Positions 10,238 to 19,264 of a DNA stretch of 64,000 bases are shown here, piece by piece. Every line of letters begins with the position of its first letter. The first letter of the stretch is position 1. The notes below the pieces were generated by a model. That model saw nothing but the letters and a program-made list of their open reading frames with translations. It ran no database searches and was not told the DNA's origin. The position numbers and the translations under genes are program-made. The DNA comes from an uncultured Eubacteriales bacterium (GTDB lineage Bacteria; Bacillota; Clostridia; Lachnospirales; Lachnospiraceae), in the NCBI GenBank assembly GCA_900318755.1, contig ONLT01000115.1:6633-70632 (forward strand), in the 5' to 3' direction.

Positions 10238-10756
10238 ATGAAAGATTCGAACCGCAACATCCGCAGGAATCAGGGAAAGTTCCCGGAGGGAGACGCGCCG
10301 GAGTTTGAGCAGCTCCGGGCGGTTGTGGCGCATCTGCGCGCGGAGGACGGCTGCCCGTGGGACCGGGCGCAGACGCACGAAAGTCTGAAGCCGACGTGCA
10401 TGGAGGAGGCGGCGGAGGTGATCTGCGGCATCAATCTTCTGGAGCGGACCGGAAACGCGGACAATCTGAAGGAGGAACTGGGCGATCTGCTTCTTCAAGT
10501 CATGTTTCACGCCTGCCTCGCGGAGGAAGAGGGCCTGTTTACCATTGACGACGTGGTCCGCGGCGTGAAGGAGAAAATGATCCGCCGCCATCCGCATGTG
10601 TTCGGAGACGCCGATCCGGAGAAGACGGACTGGGAGGTGATCAAGAAGGCGGAACACGCAGGAAGGGCGCCGGTCGATGACCGGACGCTCGATGAGGCGA
10701 TGTGCGAGGCGAAGGATCTGATCGACCGGGCGCGGAGGAGAAAGGGCTTCCTCTGA
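10238..10756 (+). CDS. Single-domain MazG nucleotide pyrophosphohydrolase
   Basis: GCPWDRAQTHESL, EEAAE, EELGDLLLQV, KMIRRHPHVF. Confidence 0.92.
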   Translation: MKDSNRNIRRNQGKFPEGDAPEFEQLRAVVAHLRAEDGCPWDRAQTHESLKPTCMEEAAEVICGINLLERTGNADNLKEELGDLLLQVMFHACLAEEEGLFTIDDVVRGVKEKMIRRHPHVFGDADPEKTDWEVIKKAEHAGRAPVDDRTLDEAMCEAKDLIDRARRRKGFL

Positions 10757-10787
10757 AAAGGGGCGCCGGAATCTCCGGACGGAGAAT

Positions 10788-10823
10788 GGAACCGGTGATC
10801 CGTGGGCGTCGAACGAAGCGGTA
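10788..10823 (+). repeat. 36-bp intergenic copy of 19667..19702 (35/36 identical)
   Basis: GGAACCGGTGATCCGTGGGCGTCGAACGA[A/G]GCGGTA read at both sites. Confidence 0.9.
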
Positions 10824-10914
10824 AACGAGGCCGTCAGGGAAGCCGGCAAAGGAATTCCGGAAAAACAGAATATTCTGAATAATAACGATCGGATAATAAA
10901 TATTCCGTAAATGC

Positions 10915-10943
10915 TTGACAAAATACAAAAGATGCTGTATCTT
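10915..10943 (+). promoter_or_regulatory. Sigma-A promoter of a small transcript
   Basis: TTGACA-17bp-TATCTT. Confidence 0.65.
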
Positions 10944-10949
10944 ATAGTC

Positions 10950-11100
10950 AAGAGGTGAGACTACTTAAAAGGTCTCAAGGGTTGAGGTCCCGAATAAGAA
11001 ATCTCAAAACAAAATCGAATAAAAGGAGGTTATAAAGTGAAACTTTTGAATTTTCACGGGTGACCCGGGAATGGCGATGAGTCAGGTCCCGGGTCTTTTC
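10950..11100 (+). ncRNA. Candidate small RNA / sORF transcript (8-codon ORF 11037..11063)
   Basis: Promoter upstream, several hairpins, AAAGGAGGT RBS + GTG, closing GACCCGGGA/TCCCGGGTC-TTTT hairpin. Confidence 0.5.
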
Positions 11101-11241
11101 CTGTCCGCCTGATGTGTTTCATTTGCAAACCGTCCTATATCGAAAAATTATATCATTACTTCTATGCCTGTGTTAAAATTAATACAGGATCCGGCATCGC
11201 GCCGGAAAAGCCATTTTGATTGCGTGTGAGAGGGCAGAATT

Positions 11242-13446
11242 ATGAAGAAGTGGAGCTATCTTCTGGCTGCATCGGTTCTTTCGGGTGTGCTGTTTGCGTC
11301 GTCCCCCGCAGCGGTTTTTGCCGGAGGAACGGGGGGCTCGTCCGGAAGCGGAACGGTCAGCACGGAGCAGGCAGCGGGAAGTCAGACGGGTGGAAACAGC
11401 AGCGGCACCGATGAAAACGCGGCCGCAGGAACAAACGGGGCTGAAAGCAGCGGTGCGGAAGGAAGCAGCGGCACGGCCGGCGGAAACGGCACGGTCAGCG
11501 GAAACGACGCGGCCGGAGAAAACGGCGCAGCCGGCGGAAACGGCACGGCCGGCGAAAACGACGCGGCCGGCGGCGCGGCGGAAGCACAGGAGCCGTATAT
11601 GGGTTATATCCGCGGCACCGAAGGGTACCCGACGGATGTTCCGGACAGCTCCTGGCAGAAAATCGGAACCGAACCGGAAAATACCGACGCGTATGCGGTG
11701 AAGACCGTCGAGGACGGAACGTATGTGATTACGATGGCGTCAAACGGGTTTAAGGCGCTGGGTTCCTCCTCGTCGGGCGGGACGGTCAGGCTTGGCGACG
11801 CGGACGGAGGCAGCGGGCAGAGGTTCCGTGTCACCTGGAATGACAGCGAAAACGATTACACGATCCAGAGTGACGACGGCTCTTATCTGGCGACCGCGGA
11901 CGGCTATCAGGTGCTGTATTCAAACATCTGCAAATCCTCTTCAGCGGAAGGGTGGTACCTCGTACCGGACGGTCAGGGCCATTACAATGTGATCGCGAAA
12001 AAGAGCGGGATGGCTGTGGAGATCGCGTCCGGAAGCCTGGCAAACGGATCGGGCGCCTGCCTGGCCGCACGGAGCGGCGCAGCCGCGCAGAAATTCGACT
12101 TCGTGAAGGCGGCTGACTGCGAAGCGCCGGGCGAGGGGTATTATGAGCTGGCATCCGCTTCGGACCTTTCCTCGGTCATTGATATTGAGGCCGGGAGCAT
12201 TTCTCCGGGAGCAAATGTGCGGATCATCGGCGCCAACGGTACGGACGCGCAGAAATTTGCGCTGAGGAATGCCGGGAACGGCGCTTATACAATGATGTCC
12301 GTGAGCTCAGGCATGTTTGTCGAGGCGGCGGGAACCGCGTCCGGATCGAACGTCCGGCAGGCGGTGAAAAGCGGCGGCGCGGCGCAGCGCTGGATTATAA
12401 AGGCGGTCGGGGACGGTACGTATTATCTCCGGTCCGCGGCGGACAGCAGCAAGGCGCTGACGATTTCGGGCGGAAACATTCAGCTCGGGGACTCCTCCGG
12501 ACAGAGCAGTCAGAAATTTGTGCTGAAAAAGACCGCTTTCAGTCAGCCGACTGGAATTTACTTTATCGCCAGTGCGGCAAATACCGGTTACGTCTTGGAC
12601 GTCTACAGCGGTTCCAGAAAGATGCAGGCGAATGTACAGCTTTTTGCGAAAAACGGCGGAAACTGGCAGAAATTTGAAATTATCGACAGGGGATACGGCT
12701 ATGTCGCGATCCGGAACGTGCAGTCAAAGCATATGCTTGACGTCGCCGGAGGCGGCAGAGGAGACGGGGTGAACATCTGGCAGTACCGCGACAACGGAGG
12801 CGACGCGCAGCTGTTTGCCGTTCATAAAAATGGTGACGGTACGTATACTTTTGTGAATGCGGGAAGCGGAAAGGCAATTGACGCCGCGGGCGGAATCGCG
12901 GCCAACGGCACCAATATCCAGCAGTACACCTGCAACGGCAGCGTCGCCCAGCGGTTTGTTCTTCAGGCGACGTCCGGATCGGATGGTACGCCGATCGATT
13001 ATTCCGTCTATGAGCCGCCGAAGCCGCTCGTCGATGCGGTCGATCGGAAGGCGCAGGGATACTCCAGCGCGAGCGGATATGAGATTCTTGTGAATCGCTC
13101 CAACCACACCGTCTCGGTCTACACCGGCTCAAAGGGAAACTGGAGGAGAGTGAAGCGGTTCGCCTGCGGCGACGGGAAGGCCAGCACGCCGACCGTCGAA
13201 GGAGTCTTTGCTGTAATCAACAGGCAGAAGTCGTTTGGAAGTGGTTTTACCTGTTGGTACGCGACCCGGTTTTATGGTCATTACCTGTTCCATTCCGTCC
13301 TGTACTATCCGGGCAGCATGACCAGGGTTATGGACGGCCGGCTCGGAATGGGCGTGTCCCACGGATGCGTCCGTCTCGCGATTGAGAACGCGAAGTGGAT
13401 CTACGATAACATTCCGAACAACACTCGCGTCGTCGTCTACCATTAA
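11242..13446 (+). CDS. Secreted ricin-B (QxW-like) lectin-repeat protein with C-terminal L,D-transpeptidase (YkuD) domain
   Basis: Signal peptide, G/A/N-rich linker, repeated QKF/QRW/QLF beta-trefoil units, C-terminal FHS...LGMGVSHGCVRL. Confidence 0.9.
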   Translation: MKKWSYLLAASVLSGVLFASSPAAVFAGGTGGSSGSGTVSTEQAAGSQTGGNSSGTDENAAAGTNGAESSGAEGSSGTAGGNGTVSGNDAAGENGAAGGNGTAGENDAAGGAAEAQEPYMGYIRGTEGYPTDVPDSSWQKIGTEPENTDAYAVKTVEDGTYVITMASNGFKALGSSSSGGTVRLGDADGGSGQRFRVTWNDSENDYTIQSDDGSYLATADGYQVLYSNICKSSSAEGWYLVPDGQGHYNVIAKKSGMAVEIASGSLANGSGACLAARSGAAAQKFDFVKAADCEAPGEGYYELASASDLSSVIDIEAGSISPGANVRIIGANGTDAQKFALRNAGNGAYTMMSVSSGMFVEAAGTASGSNVRQAVKSGGAAQRWIIKAVGDGTYYLRSAADSSKALTISGGNIQLGDSSGQSSQKFVLKKTAFSQPTGIYFIASAANTGYVLDVYSGSRKMQANVQLFAKNGGNWQKFEIIDRGYGYVAIRNVQSKHMLDVAGGGRGDGVNIWQYRDNGGDAQLFAVHKNGDGTYTFVNAGSGKAIDAAGGIAANGTNIQQYTCNGSVAQRFVLQATSGSDGTPIDYSVYEPPKPLVDAVDRKAQGYSSASGYEILVNRSNHTVSVYTGSKGNWRRVKRFACGDGKASTPTVEGVFAVINRQKSFGSGFTCWYATRFYGHYLFHSVLYYPGSMTRVMDGRLGMGVSHGCVRLAIENAKWIYDNIPNNTRVVVYH

Positions 13447-13455
13447 TAAAAATGT

Positions 13456-13486
13456 GAGGGGCTGCCAGGTGCAGCCCCTCGTTTTC
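13456..13486. terminator. Hairpin terminator between convergent LDT and GH25 genes
   Basis: GAGGGGCTGC-CAGGT-GCAGCCCCTC-GTTTT. Confidence 0.75.
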
Positions 13487-13494
13487 GGAACGGA

Positions 13495-14865
13495 TCAGAT
13501 CCCGTACCAGCCGATCCCCTCGGCTCTCCATCCCTTCTGAATCAGCGTCTCGTGCTCAGATTCCGAGGTGGTGTAATTGTGCGCGCCGCTCACCGCATTC
13601 GGGTTGTAATCGCGGTAGAGCGGTGTCCCGTCTGAGTCTGCGGAGTACCAGCCGACCCCCTCATACCGCCAGCCGACTGTTACAAGATAATCCTTTTCCG
13701 CTGCATTTGCGGTGTAATGGTGATCGCCCGCGTTCGGATTGTACAGGCGGTAGACCTCCGTTCCGCCGGTCGGCGCGTACCAGGCGACGCCCTCGTATTC
13801 CCAGCCGATCTCCCTTAGATGGTTCCGTTCGCTCCGGTTCGCCGTATAGAAGTGTTCGCCGGAGAAGGGGTTGTAGAGCCGGTACATCGCGGTGGTGCTG
13901 TTTGACGAGGAGGCGGGTTTGTACCAGTAGTCGAGATCGGTTGAACTGCCCGAGCTGATTCCGTCGACGGTGCCCTTTGAGCTGTACTGCCACATATCGT
14001 AAACGCCGCTGTAATAGTGAATGGCCGGGCTGTGGGAGGCGACCCACATGGTATATTTTTTAGCGAGTGATGCACCATCGACTGTGGATGCCAGGAGCGA
14101 ATCGTTTGCATAGACGCCCGGGGTGTATCCCCGCGCAGCCACGGTGCGGCAGAAAGCGTCGATGATATTTGTGCGGGTCCGGACGGATGCGCCGTTGTTC
14201 AGACGGTATTCTTTTTCGGAATTATTTTCGTACTCGTAATCGATGAACACCGGGAGAGAGACGTTGTATCCCGCAATCTTGTCGCAGGTATAGTTTGCTT
14301 CTGCGATGGCCTCCGCCTCGGTGATCGCGGCGCTGAAGCAGTAGACGCCGACGGGGATGCCGGCACTGATGGCGCCTTTCATGTTTGCGGCGAACTTTCC
14401 GTCCGTGTAAAGAGCGCCTTTTGAACTTTTATAACAGCCGCGCCCGGTCGCCTTGATGACGGCGAACTGAATGCCGGCGGCCGCGACCTTTTTCCAGTTG
14501 ATCGTACCCTGCCAGTGCGAGACATCGATGCCGTTCAGGGTTTTGCAGCTGGAACTGCGGATCGTCGCGGTCGATTTTGCTGCGGATCCGTGCAGGTTGA
14601 ATTCGGAGGCGCTGTCCGAATCCTGCATGGTCATCCCCATATACGTCATATCCTCTTCGCCCTCCGTATATTCAGAGGAGGACGTGTCAGACGAGCCTGT
14701 CTCAGAAGCATCAGAGACCGCCGGATCCGCCGCGGAGACGGATTCGGAAGAAGAAACTGCGGATGCGTGCGGTACGGATGGCTGTGAGGCGTATGCGGCG
14801 CCTGCGCTCTGCAGCGTGAGGATTAAGGCGGCCGCAGCAGAGAGAAGTACTTTTTTCCATTTCAT
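13495..14865 (-). CDS. Secreted GH25 lysozyme/muramidase with C-terminal DUF5648-like repeats
   Basis: GIDVSHWQG, FIDYE, MWQYSSKG; three MYRLYNP.(S/A)G.H.YT...GW.YEG repeats. Confidence 0.9.
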   Translation of the reverse strand: MKWKKVLLSAAAALILTLQSAGAAYASQPSVPHASAVSSSESVSAADPAVSDASETGSSDTSSSEYTEGEEDMTYMGMTMQDSDSASEFNLHGSAAKSTATIRSSSCKTLNGIDVSHWQGTINWKKVAAAGIQFAVIKATGRGCYKSSKGALYTDGKFAANMKGAISAGIPVGVYCFSAAITEAEAIAEANYTCDKIAGYNVSLPVFIDYEYENNSEKEYRLNNGASVRTRTNIIDAFCRTVAARGYTPGVYANDSLLASTVDGASLAKKYTMWVASHSPAIHYYSGVYDMWQYSSKGTVDGISSGSSTDLDYWYKPASSSNSTTAMYRLYNPFSGEHFYTANRSERNHLREIGWEYEGVAWYAPTGGTEVYRLYNPNAGDHHYTANAAEKDYLVTVGWRYEGVGWYSADSDGTPLYRDYNPNAVSGAHNYTTSESEHETLIQKGWRAEGIGWYGI

Positions 14866-14976
14866 ATTGTACACTTCCTTAAATTTGTCTGTAAAACAAT
14901 ATCAGTGTAATGTTATATTAAAAAAGTGTTAATTTCAACAAAAAATATGCATTCAATTTGTTATATTTGACGCGGC

Positions 14977-15005
14977 TTGCATTCCTGCCTCCGCGAATGT
15001 AAACT
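14977..15005 (+). promoter_or_regulatory. Putative sigma-A promoter of malQ
   Basis: TTGCAT-17bp-TAAACT. Confidence 0.5.
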
Positions 15006-15035
15006 GGTACTGTTGATTTTTGGAGGTAAAACAGT

Positions 15036-16559
15036 ATGAAACGGGAAAGCGGGATTCTGTATCCGATTTTATCGCTTCCGTCCCCGCACGGGATCGGATG
15101 CTTTTCAAAAGAAGCCTTTGAGTTTGTTGATTTTCTGGAAAAATCCGGTCAGAGCAGCTGGCAGATTCTGCCGATCGGACCGACCGGTTTCGGGGATTCG
15201 CCCTATCAGTCTCTGTCTTCGTTCGCGGGCAATCCGTATTTTATCGATCTGGATACCCTTGCGGAGGAGGGACTGCTGAAGGAAGAGGAGATCCGGGCTT
15301 TCTCATATGGAGATGACCCGCGCAGAGTCGATTACGGCGCGCTCTACAAGAGCCGGATGAAGATTCTGAGGATCGCGTTTGCGCGGTTTTGCGGCGGCGA
15401 TGAGCCGGAGGATTACCGGAAATACCTGGCGGAAAACGATTACTGGCTGGATGATTACGCGCTGTTTATGGCGATCAAAAATGACTGCGGCGGAAAGGCG
15501 TGGACAGACTGGGAGCCGGATCTGGTTTGCCGGGAAGAAGAAGCGCTCATCGCGGCGCAGGAGAAGCTGGCGGATGAGATCGGATTCTGCCGGTTCTGCC
15601 AGTATGAGTTCGAAAAACAGTGGCAGAAGCTGCGCGCCTACGCGGCGGACCGGCACGTAAAGATCATCGGGGATCTGCCGCTTTACGTCGCGCCCGACAG
15701 CGCGGACGCCTGGTCCGCTCCGGAGCAGTTCCTCTTTGGCGAGGATCATCAGCCGGTCGCGGTGGCAGGCACGCCGCCGGACGCGTTTTCATCGACGGGT
15801 CAGCGCTGGGGAAATCCGCTTTATGACTGGGAATTTATGAAGAAGGATCATTACAGCTGGTGGATTTCCAGAATCCGCCGCAATCTTGAGCTGTATGATG
15901 TGATCCGGATCGATCATTTCAACGGGCTGGATTCCTATTACGCGATTCCGTATCAGGATGAGACGGCGGAGAGGGGCACTGTTCACAGCGGGCCGGGAAT
16001 TGATCTGTTCCGCGCCGTGAAGAAGGAACTTGGAGATGTGCCGATCATCGCGGAGGATCTCGGAAATATGACGGATTCGATCCGGAAGATGCGGGAGGCG
16101 TCCGGATATCCCGGCATGAAGGTGCTTCAGTACGCCTTTGACTGGAGTGAAAACAGCGATTATCTCCCGTACCGGCACGAGAAGAACTGCGTCGTCTATA
16201 CCGGCACCCATGACAATCAGACGACGCGCGCCTGGATCGAGTCGGTCAGCGACCATGACCGCGATTTTTCCCGGCGATACATCAACTCGATTTTTACCGA
16301 TTACGGTCAGTTTACGTGGGATTTTATCCGTGAGGCCTTCCGGTCGACGGCGGATCTGTGCATCATCCCGATTCAGGATTATCTCGTGAAGGGGGACGAT
16401 GCACGCATGAACACGCCGGGAACATCCGGCAGAAACTGGCAGTGGAGAACGGTGCCGGGCGAACTCAGCGACGATCTGGCCAGAAGCATCTTTGAGCTGA
16501 CAAAACTGTACGGCCGCCTGCCGAAACCGGATCAGAAGGAGGGAGCGACGGCCGGCTGA
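15036..16559 (+). CDS. malQ: 4-alpha-glucanotransferase (GH77)
   Basis: WQILPIGPTGFGDSPY, GQRWGNPLY, RIDHF, IAEDLG, YTGTHDN, RMNTPG. Confidence 0.96.
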   Translation: MKRESGILYPILSLPSPHGIGCFSKEAFEFVDFLEKSGQSSWQILPIGPTGFGDSPYQSLSSFAGNPYFIDLDTLAEEGLLKEEEIRAFSYGDDPRRVDYGALYKSRMKILRIAFARFCGGDEPEDYRKYLAENDYWLDDYALFMAIKNDCGGKAWTDWEPDLVCREEEALIAAQEKLADEIGFCRFCQYEFEKQWQKLRAYAADRHVKIIGDLPLYVAPDSADAWSAPEQFLFGEDHQPVAVAGTPPDAFSSTGQRWGNPLYDWEFMKKDHYSWWISRIRRNLELYDVIRIDHFNGLDSYYAIPYQDETAERGTVHSGPGIDLFRAVKKELGDVPIIAEDLGNMTDSIRKMREASGYPGMKVLQYAFDWSENSDYLPYRHEKNCVVYTGTHDNQTTRAWIESVSDHDRDFSRRYINSIFTDYGQFTWDFIREAFRSTADLCIIPIQDYLVKGDDARMNTPGTSGRNWQWRTVPGELSDDLARSIFELTKLYGRLPKPDQKEGATAG

Positions 16560-16563
16560 CCGG

Positions 16564-17220
16564 TCAGGCTTCCTTCTTTGTTTCCGCTGCGTACCGGCAG
16601 ATGTCGGAAAGACAGCAGCGGCCGCACTGAGGCCGCCTCGCGATGCAGACGGCACGCCCGTGGTAGACGAACCGGTGACAGAGGTAGCTGCCTTCTTCCG
16701 GCGGAACGATTTTCCAGAGCTCGCGCTCGACTTTCGCGGGCTCTTTTATATTGTCCACAAGCCCGAGCAGATTGCAGATACGGATGCAGTGTGTGTCCGT
16801 GACGATCGCGGGTTTCCCGAAGACATCGCCCATAATCAGGTTGGCGCTTTTTCTGCCGACCCCGGGCAGAGCGAGAAGCTCCTGGAAGGTCGTCGGGACC
16901 TGATCGTTGTATTTTTCGTGCAGCGTGCGCATGCAGGCGGAGATGTCGCGGGCCTTGCTCGGGCCGAGCCCGCAGGGCCGCACGATTTCCTCGATCTCTT
17001 TTGGATCCGCCGCGGCCAGAGCCGCTACGTCCGGGAACTTTTCATACAGACGGGGCGTGATCTGATCCACGCGGGAATCCTTGCACTGCGCGGACAACCG
17101 GACGCTCACGAGGAGCTGCCACGCCTTGTCGTAGGCGAGCGTGCAGTGCGCGTCCGGGTATTCTTTTTTCAGGCGTTCGATGACCTCGAGCGCCAGCTCT
17201 TTCTTTGTCATTTGTTTCAT
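16564..17220 (-). CDS. nth: Endonuclease III
   Basis: LSAQ, HhH LPGVGRKSAN, VTDTH, C-terminal CIARRPQCGRCCLSDIC Fe-S motif. Confidence 0.96.
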   Translation of the reverse strand: MKQMTKKELALEVIERLKKEYPDAHCTLAYDKAWQLLVSVRLSAQCKDSRVDQITPRLYEKFPDVAALAAADPKEIEEIVRPCGLGPSKARDISACMRTLHEKYNDQVPTTFQELLALPGVGRKSANLIMGDVFGKPAIVTDTHCIRICNLLGLVDNIKEPAKVERELWKIVPPEEGSYLCHRFVYHGRAVCIARRPQCGRCCLSDICRYAAETKKEA

Positions 17221-17245
17221 TTCCTGTGGTTCATTTCCTTAGATT

Positions 17246-18763
17246 TCAGAGGCCGTACCAGCCGATTCCCTCCTCGCGCCATCCGACCTTCGCGAGGTGG
17301 TCGTTTTCCGCCTTGTTCGTTGTGTAGTTGTGCGCGCCGGAGACTGCGTTCGGATTGTACTGGCGGTACACCGGCGTTGTCTCTTTGTAATCCGAGTACC
17401 AGCCGACGCCCTCATAAATCCAGCCTGCATTTTTCAGCATATCCACCTCTTCGAGGCTTATTGTGTAGTGATGGTCGCCGGCGTTCGGGTTGTAGAGCCG
17501 GTAGACCGGTGTGTCCGACGCCGCCGGAGCGTTCCAGCCGATTCCCTCATACCTCCAGCCCGCGCGATCGAGGATGGCCTTTTCAGAGGTATCCTTCGTA
17601 TAGAAATGTTCGCCGCTGTTGGGGTTGTACATACGGTACATCGGGACCGGAGCTGCGGAGGCGACGATAAGATCTATGTCACTTGCATAAGTGATGCCGG
17701 CGACGGTGACATCTGCGCGCATCTTCGTCTGGCCGTCCTTCGTGCCGGAGATGGTGCTGCCGCTGATTGCTGCCAGCGTGCTGTCCGCGAGAGACCAGGT
17801 TACACTGTTATTATCAAAAATGATGTACGGAGCCGACTGCGGATCAACTGACGCGTTCGGGTATGCGTCTTTCAGCAGCAGAACGGTCGGCGCAGTCGGC
17901 AGATCTCTGGACTGTCCGGTGTAGACAGAATAGCTTTTCGGAAGATAGATGTCGATTGCTTTGACCGTATTTCCGTTTGAATCCGTCACATCCGCGATCT
18001 GTGAACTGCTGATGTTGATCGTGACATTTTTCGTCCCGTCAAGCGCACTCGTATCGCCGACGCCTGTCGGTCTGCCGAATTCCTGCACCCAGTAGCGGGT
18101 CCCGTTGACGGTGACGCACGCTGCGCCCATCGCGGTGTAGGCTGCCGTAAGCATGTTGCGGCGGTGGCCCTGTCCGCTGTAGTCTTTATCCTCTTCTTTC
18201 AGAAGATTAACGATATTGTCTGCCGAGGAGGATGCCCCGGGCGCGATGTTTTCCGCCAGAGAAGTACTTCCGTCGGATGCCGCCGCTGTAAAGCAGGAGG
18301 TTCCGTCCGGCCGCGTATGCGAAAAACTCGTCGCGATTTCGGCTGCGCGCTGCATCGCGATCTCCTCGAGGCCATAGTCATAAGCCAGTGCGGATGAAAC
18401 TGCGTTAACTTTTTGCGTATTCGTCTCATCCCAGTACCATGCATCCGAAGAGGTGCGGAAATTGTTGACGAGATCGAGCATCGTCCGCGCCTCACTCTGG
18501 CTGTAGCTGATGTTCTGAAGCGTCACGGTTGTGAGCTGGCCGGACGCGGAATTGCCGTGGAGCAGTCCTTCCATGTCCGTTCCGTCTTCCGGCGTGAGTT
18601 TCGTGTAATCCGGATCTTCCGCAAATGGATTTTCCGATGTAATTACCGCATTTCCGTTCTGCGGGACGATGTCCTCCGGCTCAGCCGCGGATGCGGGAAG
18701 CGCGGTCATAAAAAGAGCGCCGGCTGTGATGAGTGCGGCGAACCAGCTGCCTTTTAATTTCAT
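17246..18763 (-). CDS. Secreted CAP/SCP-domain protein with Ig-like domain and DUF5648-like repeats
   Basis: Signal peptide; FSHTRPDG, AENIA, GHRRNML, YWVQEFG; C-terminal MYRMYNPNSGEHFYT repeats. Confidence 0.88.
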   Translation of the reverse strand: MKLKGSWFAALITAGALFMTALPASAAEPEDIVPQNGNAVITSENPFAEDPDYTKLTPEDGTDMEGLLHGNSASGQLTTVTLQNISYSQSEARTMLDLVNNFRTSSDAWYWDETNTQKVNAVSSALAYDYGLEEIAMQRAAEIATSFSHTRPDGTSCFTAAASDGSTSLAENIAPGASSSADNIVNLLKEEDKDYSGQGHRRNMLTAAYTAMGAACVTVNGTRYWVQEFGRPTGVGDTSALDGTKNVTINISSSQIADVTDSNGNTVKAIDIYLPKSYSVYTGQSRDLPTAPTVLLLKDAYPNASVDPQSAPYIIFDNNSVTWSLADSTLAAISGSTISGTKDGQTKMRADVTVAGITYASDIDLIVASAAPVPMYRMYNPNSGEHFYTKDTSEKAILDRAGWRYEGIGWNAPAASDTPVYRLYNPNAGDHHYTISLEEVDMLKNAGWIYEGVGWYSDYKETTPVYRQYNPNAVSGAHNYTTNKAENDHLAKVGWREEGIGWYGL

Positions 18764-18841
18764 GTCAAATCCCTCCCATTTCATTTAGATGTATGTGTTC
18801 TTACTCATTATTATTGGCGATTAATAATTTGCTGTCAATAT

Positions 18842-18933
18842 GCGGATGACTGGAAGAATGCTCCTGTACGTGCGGCCTGCCGGAGAAATTCTCCTGAACG
18901 GGCGGCCTGCCTGCCGGAGGAATTCTTCTGTGA
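18842..18933 (+). repeat. Degenerate 30-bp tandem repeat, 3 copies
   Basis: Units at 18842, 18872, 18902, e.g. GCGGCCTGCCGGAGAAATTCTCCTGAACGG. Confidence 0.7.
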
Positions 18934-19025
18934 TTTTGCGGCAAATGCGTGTATAATAAAAACGGCTGATGAACCCAGTACAAGCGCGCCGGACTAGAGG
19001 CGTGAGGAATCAGAGGTGATGTGAA

Positions 19026-19199
19026 ATGAAAAAGCTGGTTAAATTTCTTATTATTCTGCTTCTGATCGGCATCGTCATCTATTTCCTCTGCAAAGAGGGC
19101 ATCATTGACGTCGATAAGGTGAAGGAAAAATTCGGCGGCTGCTGCGGAAAGCTTTTCGGCGGCAGGGGCAGCGACGACACGATTTTTGAAGAAGAGTAA
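19026..19199 (+). CDS. Small single-pass membrane protein (57 aa), not in the ORF track
   Basis: GAGGTG RBS; MKKLVKFLIILLLIGIVIYFLCKEG...GGCCGK...EEE; TATAAT about 70 nt upstream. Confidence 0.75.
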   Translation: MKKLVKFLIILLLIGIVIYFLCKEGIIDVDKVKEKFGGCCGKLFGGRGSDDTIFEEE

Positions 19200-19264
19200 A
19201 GGGAATGTGTTGCGGGGCTCAGATTCTTGAGCGCCGCAATTCTCCTGTCAGGGGTTGAAATCAT

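Noticed and set aside
9743-10756. MazG as an anti-phage or toxin-antitoxin component
   Set aside because: Housekeeping-type MazG domain with no toxin, sensor or defence neighbours.
11470-11580. 18-bp-like repeats in the LDT gene
   Set aside because: They encode an ordinary low-complexity G/A/N/E linker after the signal peptide.
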